From the NCBI GenBank assembly GCA_012295275.1, contig CM022670.1, positions 9,672,001 through 9,736,000 of the forward strand: a stretch of DNA of 64,000 bases, read 5' to 3'. This document shows, in pieces, positions 1 to 25,630 of the stretch (its first letter is position 1; every line of letters begins with the position of its first letter). Position numbers and translations under genes: made by a program. This stretch comes from Chrysomallon squamiferum. Lineage: Eukaryota > Animalia > Mollusca. A model generated the notes under the pieces. The model ran no database searches. It had not been told where the DNA came from and saw nothing but the letters and a program-made list of their open reading frames with translations.

Positions 1-1458
1 AATAAATAAACAAATTGAGTAAATAAAAAAAATAAAAAAAGAAGTGTTATTATACAAGAGTATCATCATGTATGGGAGTGTATAAGCACGTGTGATTTGT
101 ATGTGTGCATATATGTATGTGTATTTACGTATGTATGTGCATGAATGTGTGTATGGATGTATGTGTTAATCTGTGTGTGCACATGTATATGTGTACGTAC
201 GTGTGTATGTGTATTGAAAGACGCACGCTCCTTTATATTAGGAGGATATTCAGTGTTCAGATTTTAAATTCTACAATAAAATAATTAGATTAAAAAAATG
301 TAGTTAAATGCGGGTTAAAAAGTGGAGGGAGGAAATATAATTTAGTTTGAGCAATAAATTAAATATTTACTTTGTTGTTACTCGTGTGCATTTCGTGTTA
401 TTACAGCATTGGTTTCTCTTTTTTTTTTTTAAATACATAAAAAAGAGAAAGAAAAAAACATCAACGAAGCCTGATAACAATAAAAAAAAACAAAGAAGAA
501 AAATGAATTAAAACAAATGTTGTGGATAATTTATTTGGAGAAAATATGCACATAGTATTGTGAATGCTTACAATAAAAAAAATATCAGTTATTAATGCAG
601 TTTTAGAACTATTATTTAATTATATACATACATGTGTAATATATAATACTATCAAATATATATATATATATATATATATATAGTGTGAATAAAGCTGTGA
701 GAAAAAATTTAATATATTTCTAAATATATATTCAAAAATGATTAATTATTCTTAGCAAATTTATTATTTAAATTAAATACATTTAAAAAATCCATTGATT
801 AGTTGAATATACATTTTGTCATAATTTTATTATTATTGTAGTTATTATTATTATTATTATTATTAATTCTTCTTCATTTATATATATGTATCCGTATATA
901 ATATTTTCTTTTAATGCAGTCATGAAAAATGTATATCAATATTTATTCGTATATAATATTTTGACAAAAATTTTCTCGGAATGCAGTCAGGAAAAATTAG
1001 CATAATATCATTCAGTCTCTTTTCCCATGATAAAATGTTTTTAATTTTAAAGACTATATTTTGTAAAAAAAAGCAAACAAAAATTATTTTTTTGTTTTTG
1101 TTATCCTTTTATTAATGATTTTCCAATTCTGTCTTGGCCCTCAGATTAACAGTTTTCTAAGTGCACTGAAATCCAGGTCATTCAGTCCTTTTGATGTTTC
1201 ACATTTTGTGTTATGTTATGTTAGCAGTATACAAGTATGTTTGTGTGTATGACTGTATGTATGTATGTATGTAAGTATATTTGTATGTGTGTCTGTGTGT
1301 GTATGTGTAAGTATGTGTGAGTCTCTCCATGTGTATATAAGTGTATATGTGTGCTTGTATGAATGTATGTATGTATGCATTCTTTTCATATCTACCAAAA
1401 GAATTTGACTCGTCTCTTTTTTGTTCTTAAGACTATTTTTTGCTGTAAAAGAAAGACA

Positions 1459-7596
<6,138 letters not shown>

Positions 7597-8178
7597 CACG
7601 ACAAAATGTATACTGCGTAAAAATAATAATAATTAAAAAATTAATAATAGTGGTAGCAGTAATAGAAGGAGTAGTAGTTGTAAATCATAGTCATCTGTTT
7701 CATTAAATGTTTCTTTTGGGTACATTTGTGTGTACGTATGTGTGTGTATATCTATTTCAAATACTTCCAAACACAGTTTTTGTAAATGGTTTTGGCCTGT
7801 ACTTTCCAAATAGTCACTAATCACCTGTGTCTACAGCGTCTCGATTGGTTAGTTATCGTAAAGGGGAATATTTTTATTTTTTCCGCCGAAAAGGAAGTTC
7901 AGAACTCAAAGGCGCTCTGCTTGACTGGATTTGTTTTATTCACTAAGCATATTTACAATACAGAAAGGTTGTTATGAATGCAGTCGCGTTATATTTCTAC
8001 ATGCTGTAATAGTTAATACATTTTGAAGCAAGACAACAGTCACCGGATTTTTCTTCTTATAAACTCGAGCATGTGTCTGCTATTTCATTAAAAAACCACA
8101 AAAAAAGAAAAAAAGCTACATCACAACAACAAAACATACTCACACTCACACAATAAAAAAAAAATAAACCCACCAACA

Positions 8179-8180
<2 letters not shown>

Positions 8181-8268
<88 letters not shown>

Positions 8269-8540
8269 TATCTTCAATATTGACCCTATAACATACAGCT
8301 AAAAATAGATATACCAACATAGTAGTAGTAGTAGTAGTATTTTATATAATAAATGACACGGATTTCATATATCACAATGAATCGGACTAAAAAGTGTAAT
8401 TTTATTCAAGTATATTTATAAATTCGTCAAAAGATTTAAACGTACTGTGCTTTTAACATATCGTGATAAAGATCTTGAACTGCCAATCCCCTTGCTTACA
8501 AAGAAAATCCTGTATGTCATCAAGTGTGGCAATAGTAATT
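8181..8540. repeat. Inverted duplication of downstream intronic sequence in Src copy 1
   Basis: 8262-8356 is the reverse complement of parts of 7168-7305, 8440-8540 is the reverse complement of 6555-6652, and (CT)n 8181-8262 pairs with (GA)n 7306-7450. Confidence 0.85.
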
Positions 8541-8869
8541 ATATGTGTAGGAGGGTGTCTGTATGTCAGTACGTATGTGTATATACGTGTACAATTTAAT
8601 TCTGTGCGTACGTGAATGTGTGGAATAAAATTGATATTAACGGAGACGTAATCCTTTTTAATGTAATGTTAACAAAACACTAACATTATTCTAAAATACG
8701 AGCATCGATCAAAGATGACACAAAGATCTACGACTCTAAATCACATAAGTAAAACTTGACACGTGAAAACAAGAGCCTGCTATCGTCAATTACTATGCAA
8801 CGTCTCCTGTATCCCGCTACCGATTTAAAACAAACAGTGACTGAAAATAAAATATCTAAGAATACAAAC

Positions 8870-8960
8870 ACTTACCTTACTGTACCGGTACCTCACAAAG
8901 TTCAGAAACAGGTCTGTGATGATCTGAGGTAAAAATTTATTTTATTTTTCCAGGCTGTGT
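8870..8960 (-). other. Probable 5' UTR exon and splice donor of Src copy 1 (paralogous donor near 19086-19092 for copy 2)
   Basis: Consensus donor AAG|GTAAGT at 8876/8875, conserved in both copies. The ATG exon is preceded by an acceptor (ttacgcag, exon start 7612), so an upstream exon is required. The 5' end of this exon is not determinable. Confidence 0.5.
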
Positions 8961-9186
8961 ATAGTTTGCTAACAGTTAACAGCTACAAACACTTCAGTAA
9001 GCAGGTTTCAACGACTTGAAAGGAATATCATTCAATGATGAAATCTGCTTCTCAAATTAACTTCCTGATTTAGGCTACCAATGCATACCCCGATAACTGT
9101 AACACTACCTCAGTGACCTACTAGTTTTATTTAAGTCTCGCATCTTGGTTAACTAAAACCAGTGTATTATCAAGCCTACCTTAAAG

Positions 9187-9217
<31 letters not shown>

Positions 9218-9509
9218 AAAAAAAAATAATGAAATGAGTGTAATAAAACATCCTATTTATTATTTGAAGATAGAAGTGTTTTTCGTTCAGGAATCTTTTA
9301 ATCTGCAATTATGTGCTGTTTTTCTTATGTTACGTTTAAAGGACCATACAAGAGGAAACTCACTAACGCATGCCGTACGCTTTTCATTTACGTTTAGCAG
9401 CAAAGGATTTTGTTTCATAAATACCTTCTCTCAAATAGAAAATTATCTGTTTTAATCAAACTGTTTTGATGAAACTAGCCGCAACAGGTAAAAGAATAAA
9501 TTTCTTTGA

Positions 9510-9545
<36 letters not shown>

Positions 9546-9594
9546 ATAATAATAATAATAATAAATACAATAAGAAAATAAGAAAACAAACTAA

Positions 9595-9641
<47 letters not shown>

Positions 9642-11977
9642 ATGAATAAAAAAATAATAAATACAGCAAATTTTTCCAGTTTGATAAATTTCATATTAAA
9701 AACTAATAACAAACATACTGTTTTTCTAGTTATTGAATTTCATTTTAACTGATAACAAACATTTTGTTTTGTTTTATTTTTATTTTATTTTGTTTTGGTT
9801 TGTTTTGTTTTATTTTATTTAAATGAAATTATCATTATTTCTATTTTTATTTTATTTTTTTTTTTTAGTTCAGAGACAATTCGAAGAAGAACAGATAAAT
9901 ATCTTTACAAGTATTTTCTTTATAATCATCTAAAAATTTTTTCGAAAACAATATAAAACGAAAAGATAATTGTGTGTCATCTATAAGTACCGAACATTTA
10001 TATTATGAATTTTATAGAAACGTTTATAAAAAAATTTGACTATTGCTAATGAAACAGTTAACGAATTTGGTACTGTTTCGTTTTGGGATTTCTTCAACAA
10101 AACCAGCACAATGTCTGAAAGCCCCATACAACCATCTTGGAATTTTAATTTTACGTTTCTATTTGTAAATATTGTTATTTATTTTTAACATTTTATATTA
10201 CGATTTGTATTACTTTATGTATGTATGTATGTATGTATGTATGTATGTATGTATGTATGTTTGTAGGTAGGTATTTATGTATGTATGTGTGTGTATTTTA
10301 AATTATAAGAAAACAATATAAATTATAATAATTTTGCAGTTTAGATAAAAAAAAAAAAAAAAAAAATTAATAAAACGCATTGCAAGATTTTATTTACATA
10401 ATGACGTCACAATATACAGTAATAAAAGTAACCTTTCTAGAATGATACATGAAAATTGTAAAAATTACAAGCTGCGAAACTTTAGTTGAAATTTAGATAC
10501 AGATAACCAAAATCAGTGACATCTAAACAAAAATAAACTGTGTATCAAAAGTGTGTATGTGTGTGTGTGTGTGTGTGTGCATGCACGCACGTGAATGTTT
10601 GAATGTGTGTATTTGTGTATCTGTGAGTATATGACTGAGAAAATGTCACGGTTGAGACTTTGAAGAATATAAAAAATATTTATTCAGTTAAATAGTTTAA
10701 CATTTACACAATGACCACAAAAATTCAGTCTTCATGAATGATATTAAGCTTGTGTATAATCTTGAAAAAACAAAACACGAATTTTTCTTTGCTGTTTTGA
10801 TTTTTGCTTTAAAACATCCAGCACAAATTTTCAAAAATTATTTAAAGTATTTACATATTTAAGTGAAAAAAAGCAGACAACTCAGAGAAAAAGCAAGCAC
10901 CACTGTTTATGTCTCTTTTTAATTACACAATATATACAATGTAACAATGGTTTAAAGTCACTTGCTAAAAATTCATTAATTACTTACTCAAATCTATGTA
11001 GAAGCAATATATCTAAAGAACTTTTTTTTTAACATTATGCATGATAATAAAACTAAATAAAGTATGTAGATATTTATATACACTGTATTTTTACCACAAC
11101 AAAAGGAGTTTTTATTATAAAACAAAAATAAATTTAATATATATATATATATATATATATAAAAGTTATTTTTTTTTAGTTTAGCTTAACAAATTAACAC
11201 CTTGTTTTTCATATGCAAATACACAGATATTCTCAATATATTCTTATCTATTTTTCAACCTTGGCTAAAAAAAAAATAATAAATAAAAAAATAAAAAATA
11301 ACAACTTTGCATTTGAATTTTTTGTCTTTACAAAAATAAATAAAATCGGTAAAATTTAGGATGAATATTACTGTAACTTCAATATTGATATACAACAAAC
11401 TGTCACAGACTCAGTCTACTATGACTGGCACAAATTAAAATCAACATCTCGGAATAACTGACAAGACACACCAACACATACACACGCACGCACACACGCA
11501 CACACTCACCATCTCTCTCTCTCATTCACATGATAAAAGATAACTATTGAATTAAATATAAAGACTATATATTGAGAACTTAAAGCTGACAAAAACAATT
11601 TTTTGGTTTTCGTTTTATACATAAATCTCTACTAATGACATAAAATTCTGTCTTTGCTCTCAGATTAACAGTTGTTCCAAGTATGCACTGATGCAGAAGA
11701 AAAACAAGGGTCATTCAGTCCTTTCCCGATGTTTCTTTTTACATTTTGTGTGTGTTATGTTAGCAGTATACAAGTATGTTTGTGTGTATGACTGTATGTA
11801 TGTATGTATGTATGTAAGTATATTTGTATGTGTGTCTGTGTGTGTGTGTGTGTAAGTATGTGTGAGTCTCTCCATGTGTATATAATTGTGTATGTATGCA
11901 TTCTATCTACCGAGAGAATTTGTCTGACTTGTCTCTTTCTTCTTCTTAAGATTATTTTTTGCTGTAAAAGAAAGACA

Positions 11978-17584
<5,607 letters not shown>

Positions 17585-17608
17585 AACGACAAAATGCAGA
17601 CTGCGTAA

Positions 17609-17672
<64 letters not shown>

Positions 17673-18441
17673 GTGGTAGCAATAATAGAAGTAGTATTAG
17701 TTGTGGTAGTATTAGTATTACTATTATTAGTAGTAACAATAACTGTAACAGTAATAGTAATAATAATAATAATAATAGTGGTAGCAGTAATAGAAGGAGT
17801 AGTAGTTGTAGTAGTGTTAGTATTACCATTAGTAGTAGTAGTAGTAGTAATAATAATAATAATAATAATTATAATAATAGTAACAATAACCATCATCATC
17901 ACAACAACAGTTTTAATTAGTAAAAGAATAAACAACAACAATAATAATTTTAAACTAAAAATCATAGTCATCTGTTTCATTAAATGTTTCTTTTGGGTAC
18001 ATTTGTGTGTACGTATGTGTGTGTGTATATCTATTTCAAATACTTCCGAACACACAGTTTTGTAAATGGTCTTGGCCTGTACTTTCCAAATAGTCACTAA
18101 TCACCTGTGTCTACAGCGTCTCGATTGGTTAGTTATCGTAAAGGGGAATATTTTTATTTTTTAAAAAGGAAGTTCAGAACTCAAAGGTGCGCTGCTTGAC
18201 TGGATGTTTTTTATTCACTAAGCATATTTACAATACAGAAAGGTTGTTATGAATGCAGTCGCGTTATATTTCTACATGCTGTAATATTTAATACATTTTG
18301 AGGCAAGATAACAATCAGCGGATTTTTCTTCTAATAAACTCGAGCATGTGTCTGCTATTTCATAAAAAACACCACAAAAAACAACAACAACAGTGCCACA
18401 GCACAACAATAAAACATACTAACATTCACACAATAACAAAA

Positions 18442-18511
<70 letters not shown>

Positions 18512-18519
<8 letters not shown>

Positions 18520-18828
18520 CATGATATAATGTACATTACTGTGCACTGAATATTATCGTTTCATCACTAACTTGCAGGTGGTGGTGGAATATTGATCGAA
18601 ACGAAACAACTAAAAAATTACTACTGCCTAGAAATCCTTTAGGAACATTCATCGTAAGACCTGCCGCAGGTAAGATATTTATTGATTGATTGACTAGTAT
18701 CATCATCATCTTTTAATATTATTATTAATATTAGTATTAATATCATAATCATCATCATCATCATCATCATCAATGTTTAATATTAAATGACAACTCTTCG
18801 TAATAATTTTTCACTTTAATGTAATAAT

Positions 18829-18832
<4 letters not shown>
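18512..18832 (+). pseudogene. Inverted orphan copy of the first Src SH2 exon with intron flanks
   Basis: 18578-18669 (92 nt; WWWNIDRNETTKKLLLPRNPLGTFIVRPAA) has intact ttgcag| and |gtaag sites on the + strand. It is the reverse complement of ~15632-15930 and is bracketed by (CT)n tracts. Confidence 0.9.
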
Positions 18833-18879
<47 letters not shown>

Positions 18880-18880
<1 letters not shown>

Positions 18881-20951
18881 GTAATGTTAACAAAACACTG
18901 ACATTATTCTAAAATACGAACATCGATCAAAGATGACACAAAGATCTCTGACTAAATCACATAAGTAAAACTTGACACGTGAAAACAAGAGCCTGCTATC
19001 GTCAATTACTATGCAACGTCTCCTGTACCCCGTTACCGATTTAAAACAAACAGTGACTGAAAATAAAATATCTAAGAATACAAACACTTACCTTACTGTA
19101 CCGGTACGTCACAAAGTTCAGAAACAGGTTTGTGATGATCTGAAGTAAAAATTTATTTTATTTTTCCAGGCTGTGTAAAGTGTGCTAACAGTTAACAGCT
19201 ATAAACGCTTCACTAAACAGGTTTCAACGACTCGAAAGGAATATTGTTCAATAATGAACTCTGCTTCTCAAATTAACTTCGTGATTTAGGCTACCAATAC
19301 ATACCCCGATAACTGTAACACTATCTCACTGACCTAGTAGTTTTATGTCTCGCATGTTGGTTAACTAAAGACAATGTATGTACCAAACCTATCTTAAGGC
19401 ATGAAAAAATGAAAAAGAAAGAAAAAAAAGAATGAAATAACCATTGTAATAAAACATCCTGGTTTAGTTCATAGATTACTTTTAAAGTTTTATTACTTGA
19501 CATTGTTAATAAATGGAGAAGTTATTTATCATGGTTTTGTGTGTATTTGATAAGCTAAAGATTGGATTAGTAACAAATTTTTCTTATAGAAGTTCAGACA
19601 GATATAACCGATTTTGAATATTCACTAAATTAAATCACACAAAAATATTCATTATTTGAAGATAGAAGTGTTTTATTACTAGACATTGTTAATAAACGGG
19701 GAAGTTATTTATCCTCGTTTTGTGAATATTTGAAGATAGAAGTGTTTTTCGTTCAACAATCTTTTAATCTGCAATTATGTTTTTCTTATGTTACGTTTAT
19801 AGGACCAGAGAAGAGGAAACTCACTAACGCATGCCGTACGCTTTTCATTTACGTTTAGCAGCAAAGGATTTTGTTTCATAAATACCTTCTCTCAAATGGA
19901 AAATTATCTGTTTTAATCAAAGGATTTTCATCGAACAACAACAACAAAAAAGTAATAATAATAATAATAAAAAAAATAATAACTAAATAAAATAAAATAA
20001 GAAAACAAATTGTAATGAATAAATAAATAAATAAATGAATAATAAAAATAATATCTACAGCACGTTTTTCCAGTTCGGTGAATTTCAGGTGAGGAACTGA
20101 TAACAAACATATTATTTATTCTATTCTATTCTATTTCATTTCATTTCATTTTATTTTATTTTATTTTGTTTTGTTATGTTTTGTATTTGTATTTGTTTTG
20201 TTATGTATTTGTATTTGTGTTCGTTTTGTTTTATTTTATTTAAATGAAATTATCATTATTTTTTTTATTTTTTTTATTTTTGTTCAATTCAGAGACAATT
20301 CGAAGAAAAACAGAGAAATATCTTTAAAAGTATTTTCTTTAAAATCAAATACGTAAGGAATAATATAATTTCAAAAACAAATTAAAATGGAAAGGTAATT
20401 GTGTGTCATCTATCAGTACAGAAAATTTATGTTATGAATTTAAAGAAACGTTTATAAAAAATTTGTCTATTCCTAATGAAGCAGTTAAAGAATTTGGTAC
20501 CGTTTCGTTTTGGCATTTTTTCAACAAAACCAGCACAATGTCTGAAAGCCCCATACAACCATCTTGGAAATTTAATTTTACGTTTCTGTTTGCAAATACT
20601 GTTATTTATTTTTAACATTTTATATTACGATTTGTATTACTTTATGTATGTATGTATGTGTGTGTGTATGTGTGTGTGTGTATGTATGTATTTTAAATTG
20701 ATACTATAAAAAATATATAAATTATAGTAATTTTGTAGTTTAGATAAAAAAATAAAATAAAAAAATTAATCAAACGCATTGCAGGATTTTATTTACATAA
20801 TGACGTCACAATATACAGTAATAAAAGTAACCTTTCTAGAATGATACATGAAAATTGTAAAAATTACAAGCTGCGAAACTTTAGTTGAAATTTAGATACA
20901 GATAACCAAAATCAGTGACATCTAAACAAAAATAAACTGTGTATCAAAAGT

Positions 20952-20986
<35 letters not shown>

Positions 20987-22382
20987 TGCACGCACGTGAA
21001 TGTTTGAATGTGTGTATTTGTGTATCTGTGAGTATATGACTGAGAAAATGTCACAGTTGAGACTTTGAAGAATATAAAAAATGTTCATTCAGTTAAATAG
21101 TTTAACATTTACACAATGACCACAAAAAGTCAGTCTTCATGAATGATATTAAGCTTTGCTGTTTTGATTTTTGCTTTAAAACATCCAGCAAAAATTTTCA
21201 AAAATTATTTAAAGTATTTACATATTTAAGTGAAAAAAAGCAGACAACTCAGAGAAAAAGCAAGCACCACTGTTTATGTCTCTTTTTAATTACACAATAT
21301 ATACAATGTAACAATGGTTTAAAGTCACTTGCTAAAAATTCCTTAATTACTTACTCAAATCTATGTAGAAGCAATATATCTAAAGAACTTGAAAATGAGA
21401 ATTTTTTTTTTTTTTTTTTTTAACATTATGCATGATAATAAAACTAAATAAAGTATGTAGATATTTATATACACTGTATTTTTACCACAACAAAAAGAGT
21501 TTTTATTATAAAACAAAAATAAATTTAATATATATATATACATATATATATATATAAAGTTATTTTTTTTTTAGTTTAGCTTAACAAATTAACACAGATA
21601 TTGACAATATATTCTTATCTATTTTTCAACCTTGGTTAAACAAAAAAAAAAAAAAAAAAATAACCGTACAAAAAGTGGCAGAGGATATTATGCAAATATG
21701 ATGTCAGTAATTTCAATAAAATGATGATAGAATAGAATAGATATCTAAAGAAAGATTTTATGCTTACTATTAAAATTTTTACAAAATTAATTGAAATATT
21801 GAAAATATTAAATTCAGTTTTATTTGTTCTTGAGTAATTTAACTTTACGAAAAACATATATTTAATTAACGTATATGTTTAATACATATTACTGAAAACG
21901 GAAATTTATTAAGCAAATGAACAACTTTGCATTTGAATTTTTTGTCTTTTCAAAAATAAATAAAATCGGTAAAATTTAGGATGAATATTACTGTAACTTC
22001 AATATTGATATACAACAAACTGTCACAGACTCAGTCTACTATGACTGGCACAAATTAAAATCAACATCTCGGAATAACTGACAAGACACACCAACACATA
22101 CACACGCACGCACACACGCACACACTCACCATCTCTCTCTCTCTCATTCACATGATAAAAGATAACTATTGAATTAAATATAAAGACTATATATTGAGAG
22201 CTTAAAGCTGACAAAAACAATTTTTTGGTTTTCGTTTTATACATAAATCTTTACTAATGACATAAAATTCTGTCTTGCCTCTCAGATTAACCGTTGTTCT
22301 AAGTATGCACTGATGCAGAAGAAAAACAAGGGCCATTCAGTCCTTTCCCGATGTTTCTTTTTACATTTTGTGTGTGTTATGT
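18880..22382. repeat. Segmental repeat of 8660-11760 (Src upstream region, spacer and 3' flank of the next Src copy)
   Basis: Long near-identical blocks, e.g. 20760-21130 with 10360-10740 and 21920-22382 with 11300-11760. The end matches the sequence just downstream of the Src stop codons (1127-1217). Confidence 0.9.
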
Positions 22383-22582
22383 NNNNNNNNNNNNNNNNNN
22401 NNNNNNNNNNNNNNNNNNNNNNNNNNNNNNNNNNNNNNNNNNNNNNNNNNNNNNNNNNNNNNNNNNNNNNNNNNNNNNNNNNNNNNNNNNNNNNNNNNNN
22501 NNNNNNNNNNNNNNNNNNNNNNNNNNNNNNNNNNNNNNNNNNNNNNNNNNNNNNNNNNNNNNNNNNNNNNNNNNNNNNNNNN
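22383..22582. other. Assembly gap (200 N)
   Basis: Run of N with a round length, typical of a scaffolding gap of unknown true size. Confidence 0.99.
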
Positions 22583-22614
22583 TCTGTTGGCTACTTCGTT
22601 CCGGTTGCATTGCT
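22583..22614 (+). other. Probable Oxford Nanopore ligation-adapter remnant (artefact)
   Basis: tacttcgttccggttgcattgct resembles the adapter AATGTACTTCGTTCAGTTACGTATTGCT. It sits at a contig start and replaces the sequence expected from the paralog at ~52360-52395. Confidence 0.75.
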
Positions 22615-22618
22615 TTCG

Positions 22619-22684
22619 TTTCAAGCTTCTACCACATACTGAACAAACAGTACCGTTGAGATACTTGGACAGAAAAGATGCCAT
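22619..22684 (-). CDS. 5' stub of a fifth zinc-finger-OAS gene (C-type), truncated by the gap
   Basis: MASFLSKYLNGTVCSVCGRSLK is nearly identical to the N-terminus of OAS-C (52460). Upstream 22690-24900 duplicates 52490-54725. Confidence 0.8.
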
Positions 22685-23567
22685 TGAAAGCTGGAAAAAA
22701 AAAAAAAAAATAATAATAAATTCTAAAAGATAAGTCATGAAGTGAATATATTTTCGTGTGTATAATGAGGGACTGATTTTGATAAATGCGTGGACTTCTT
22801 TTGTTTTGTCTTTTTTAAATATTACTGATTTATCTATTTCAAGTCAACTTGATTTAGTTGTCACTATCAATTTCGACCAAGTTTATTTTTACCAACAAGG
22901 ATCGTAAATTTATCTTCATAAACACACCAATGATTTATATGATTATACATTCTCTACAGCCATTACTATGCAAGTTACTGGATAATTCAATATAGTATTA
23001 TATATAAAATAATCTTTATTTGTCGAAGACTGCAGGAATACACTAAATATACAAATGTAAATAAATATGACATAAATGTATGTATAAAACACAACCTGTG
23101 ATTTTTTCTTGCCTTTTCCTAGAAATGCTATTTTAGTTTCTTATTTATATACTATATACATATACTATATCAATTACCTCTTATTTAGACACTGAATTGG
23201 ATTTCTGAAGAAGAAAGAGAAGAATGACATGTTTGTTTTGAAGAAAAAATGCCTTTTTTTCTTTTTTTTCTTTCTTTATTTCTTTAGTATCTGTTGTTGG
23301 TGTTGGTGTTGTTGTTGTTATTCATGTCCAAATTTGATGAAATTCTGTCCATCGTAACCAATGTAAATACCCCAAATAAAGCGAATACTTTGAAAGTTTT
23401 CGGCATTTTAGTTTCTACACCTTGTATTCGTATTATATCGAAAAATATCTAAATATTTTCATAGTGTTGAGTAACGCCTACAAATATCAGTATTAAAAAT
23501 GCACACATATATAAAAGACAAATAAAATTAACAGTATAAATAGAGAAAAAACTAAATATTCCCATAC

Positions 23568-23830
23568 CTGTATAGTGAACAACCAACACAAAAATGATTA
23601 ATAACGCCCACTTGAAATTTTCCTAGTAATTCTGACGTAAACTCTTCGCTTTTCCTAGAAATCTGTTTCCAAAAGGTATTTTTTTTATAAATTTAAAAGC
23701 ATAACCTGGATATTCCCAACACAGTGATCACCTCCGACTCTGATCAATAATTGTGCGAACAAACACACACATCCAGTTTTTTTGTCTTTATACAGATATT
23801 GTCTAAACTGAAAGTTGTAAAGTTTAAAAA
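23568..23830 (-). promoter_or_regulatory. Putative OAS promoter/first-exon module with STAT (GAS), CRE-like and IRF-like sites
   Basis: Donor cag|gtatgg at ~23568, TTCCTAGTAA 23620, TGACGTAA ~23633, TTCCTAGAA 23652, AAACTGAAAGT ~23805. The module is repeated at ~33924, ~35207, ~46304 (degenerate) and ~53380. Confidence 0.55.
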
Positions 23831-24909
23831 GGCTTTTTTTAGCCTACGATAATATTTCCGTGAACCGATACGTGATTAACACATGACTGCTTTGCAGCGC
23901 GACACAAGCGAGGGGTTGTCTTCATAGGATCACTGTATACATAGTATTTGTACATATGCATATATCTTCGCGTTTTCTGATTTTACCGTTCACGCATTAT
24001 AATTCACATGTAATCTCTATAAAGATTAGCGTCAAAATACGCAACCATCTGATGCTGAAAATAATTCTATCTATATTATATATAACTTTATATAGCATTA
24101 ATTTCGTGTATGTAGAAAATACGCAGAGAAAGCCTTCATCTAAGTTACTTGAAATATAATTCAAAAAATCATTGTTGGTAAGCAAGCACGTTATTAGATA
24201 ATTGTATTAATGTTATGATTCCATCAGTGCATCCGTGAACTGTGTATTATTGTGTCCTGCGGTCCAGTATCAGGTCGCTGTTAACCGCACACACAGTCAC
24301 ACAGTCACACAGGTAATAAAGAAACGAACTAAGTAGCTAGATTGTAATTATCATGTACCACTAAACAGAACTCATTTTCGGACTATTTATCCATCTTTTC
24401 TACTCCCTGGCCTATAACAGATATGTTCTCGACTAACATGGTTTTATTTTCGAAAGACTAACCCCATCCACCCCAACCCGACTCGTACACCCGTATTAAT
24501 CACCGAGATTTACAAACATCACATTCCATTTATCGCTTCTCGTAAGTGGTTCCACAAGCAGCAATCGTGTATTTTCCAGTGGGAAAAACAGTCTTTGCAA
24601 TTTAAAATGGAACAAATAACTGTTCCGTATTTCGAACAGTTAGCGAGGTCTTGCATCATCCTATATTGAGACGACCCCTCTAGTTCAAACAGATCAGTGC
24701 TTTACGGGCCGAGGTGTTGGGTTTTTCCTGTATTGCGTTTACAGTTGACAAATACGTGTATTACACGTCAGCCTATATCTGGCGAGGAACCAAAGATAAT
24801 CAAGCAAGTATCTGAGCTACTCTTAGCCAGAGAACACTAAGACTAAATTGTAGATTATCCTCGCATATTTCTTTATTACCTAACATTAGCATATACTCAT
24901 ATATAAGTA

Positions 24910-25630
24910 CAGTATACCCTCACCTGTTCGCGGTTCCCCATTCGCGGCCCCGCATATTCGCGGGTTAGGCTCTTAACCCTATCGCATCGTATGCTGGTAT
25001 ACCAGGCGAGCGTCATAACGTCATAAAAACAAATGTTCGGTAAACCGCACAAACAATATCAATTTTTTTCAATTATTATTGCAATACAGTACGTATTTTT
25101 TTATAAATGCATACACTGTATGCACAGTGCATATTTTTTGTGACCGTGTATTAATAATGTTTTTAATTGCATATTATTACTGAATTGTATTATTATTACC
25201 TGAACTGTGCGTACTGTATTTATCTGTCTGTTTGCCTTTAAATTTGTTCCACTTTCTGTCAATTCTAATACATATGTTGTACGCATAGAAAATGACTTTA
25301 CGGTACAGTAATACTGTATGGGTAGCTATGCTATGCGGTGTTACTGTCCTCCTGTACTTACGTTTCTTTCTGATTAAAATATTGTTTCAGTACAAAATTA
25401 AAATGTGTTTACATTATCATTACTACATTAGTGAAATATATAACTGCATGCAATATTACTACATTATTACTGTATTAATGAGTAAGAGTGTCTTTAGAAA
25501 GTGTTTGGGAAGCATTTAGTACCGTATATAATCTCATAATAGACGTTTTAAAGCTGCATCCAATATTCGCGGTTTTTCGCTATTCGCGGGGGGTAAGAAC
25601 GTAACCCCCGCGAATAGCGAGGGAATACTG
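24910..25630. mobile_element. Non-autonomous Tc1/mariner-superfamily (pogo/Tigger-like) MITE, 721 bp
   Basis: Imperfect TIRs CAGTATACCCTCACCTGTTCGCGG / CCGCGAATAGCGAGGGAATACTG with a TA target duplication. The paralogous empty site ataagTAtatctgcac is at ~54720 (and ~47607). Confidence 0.9.
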
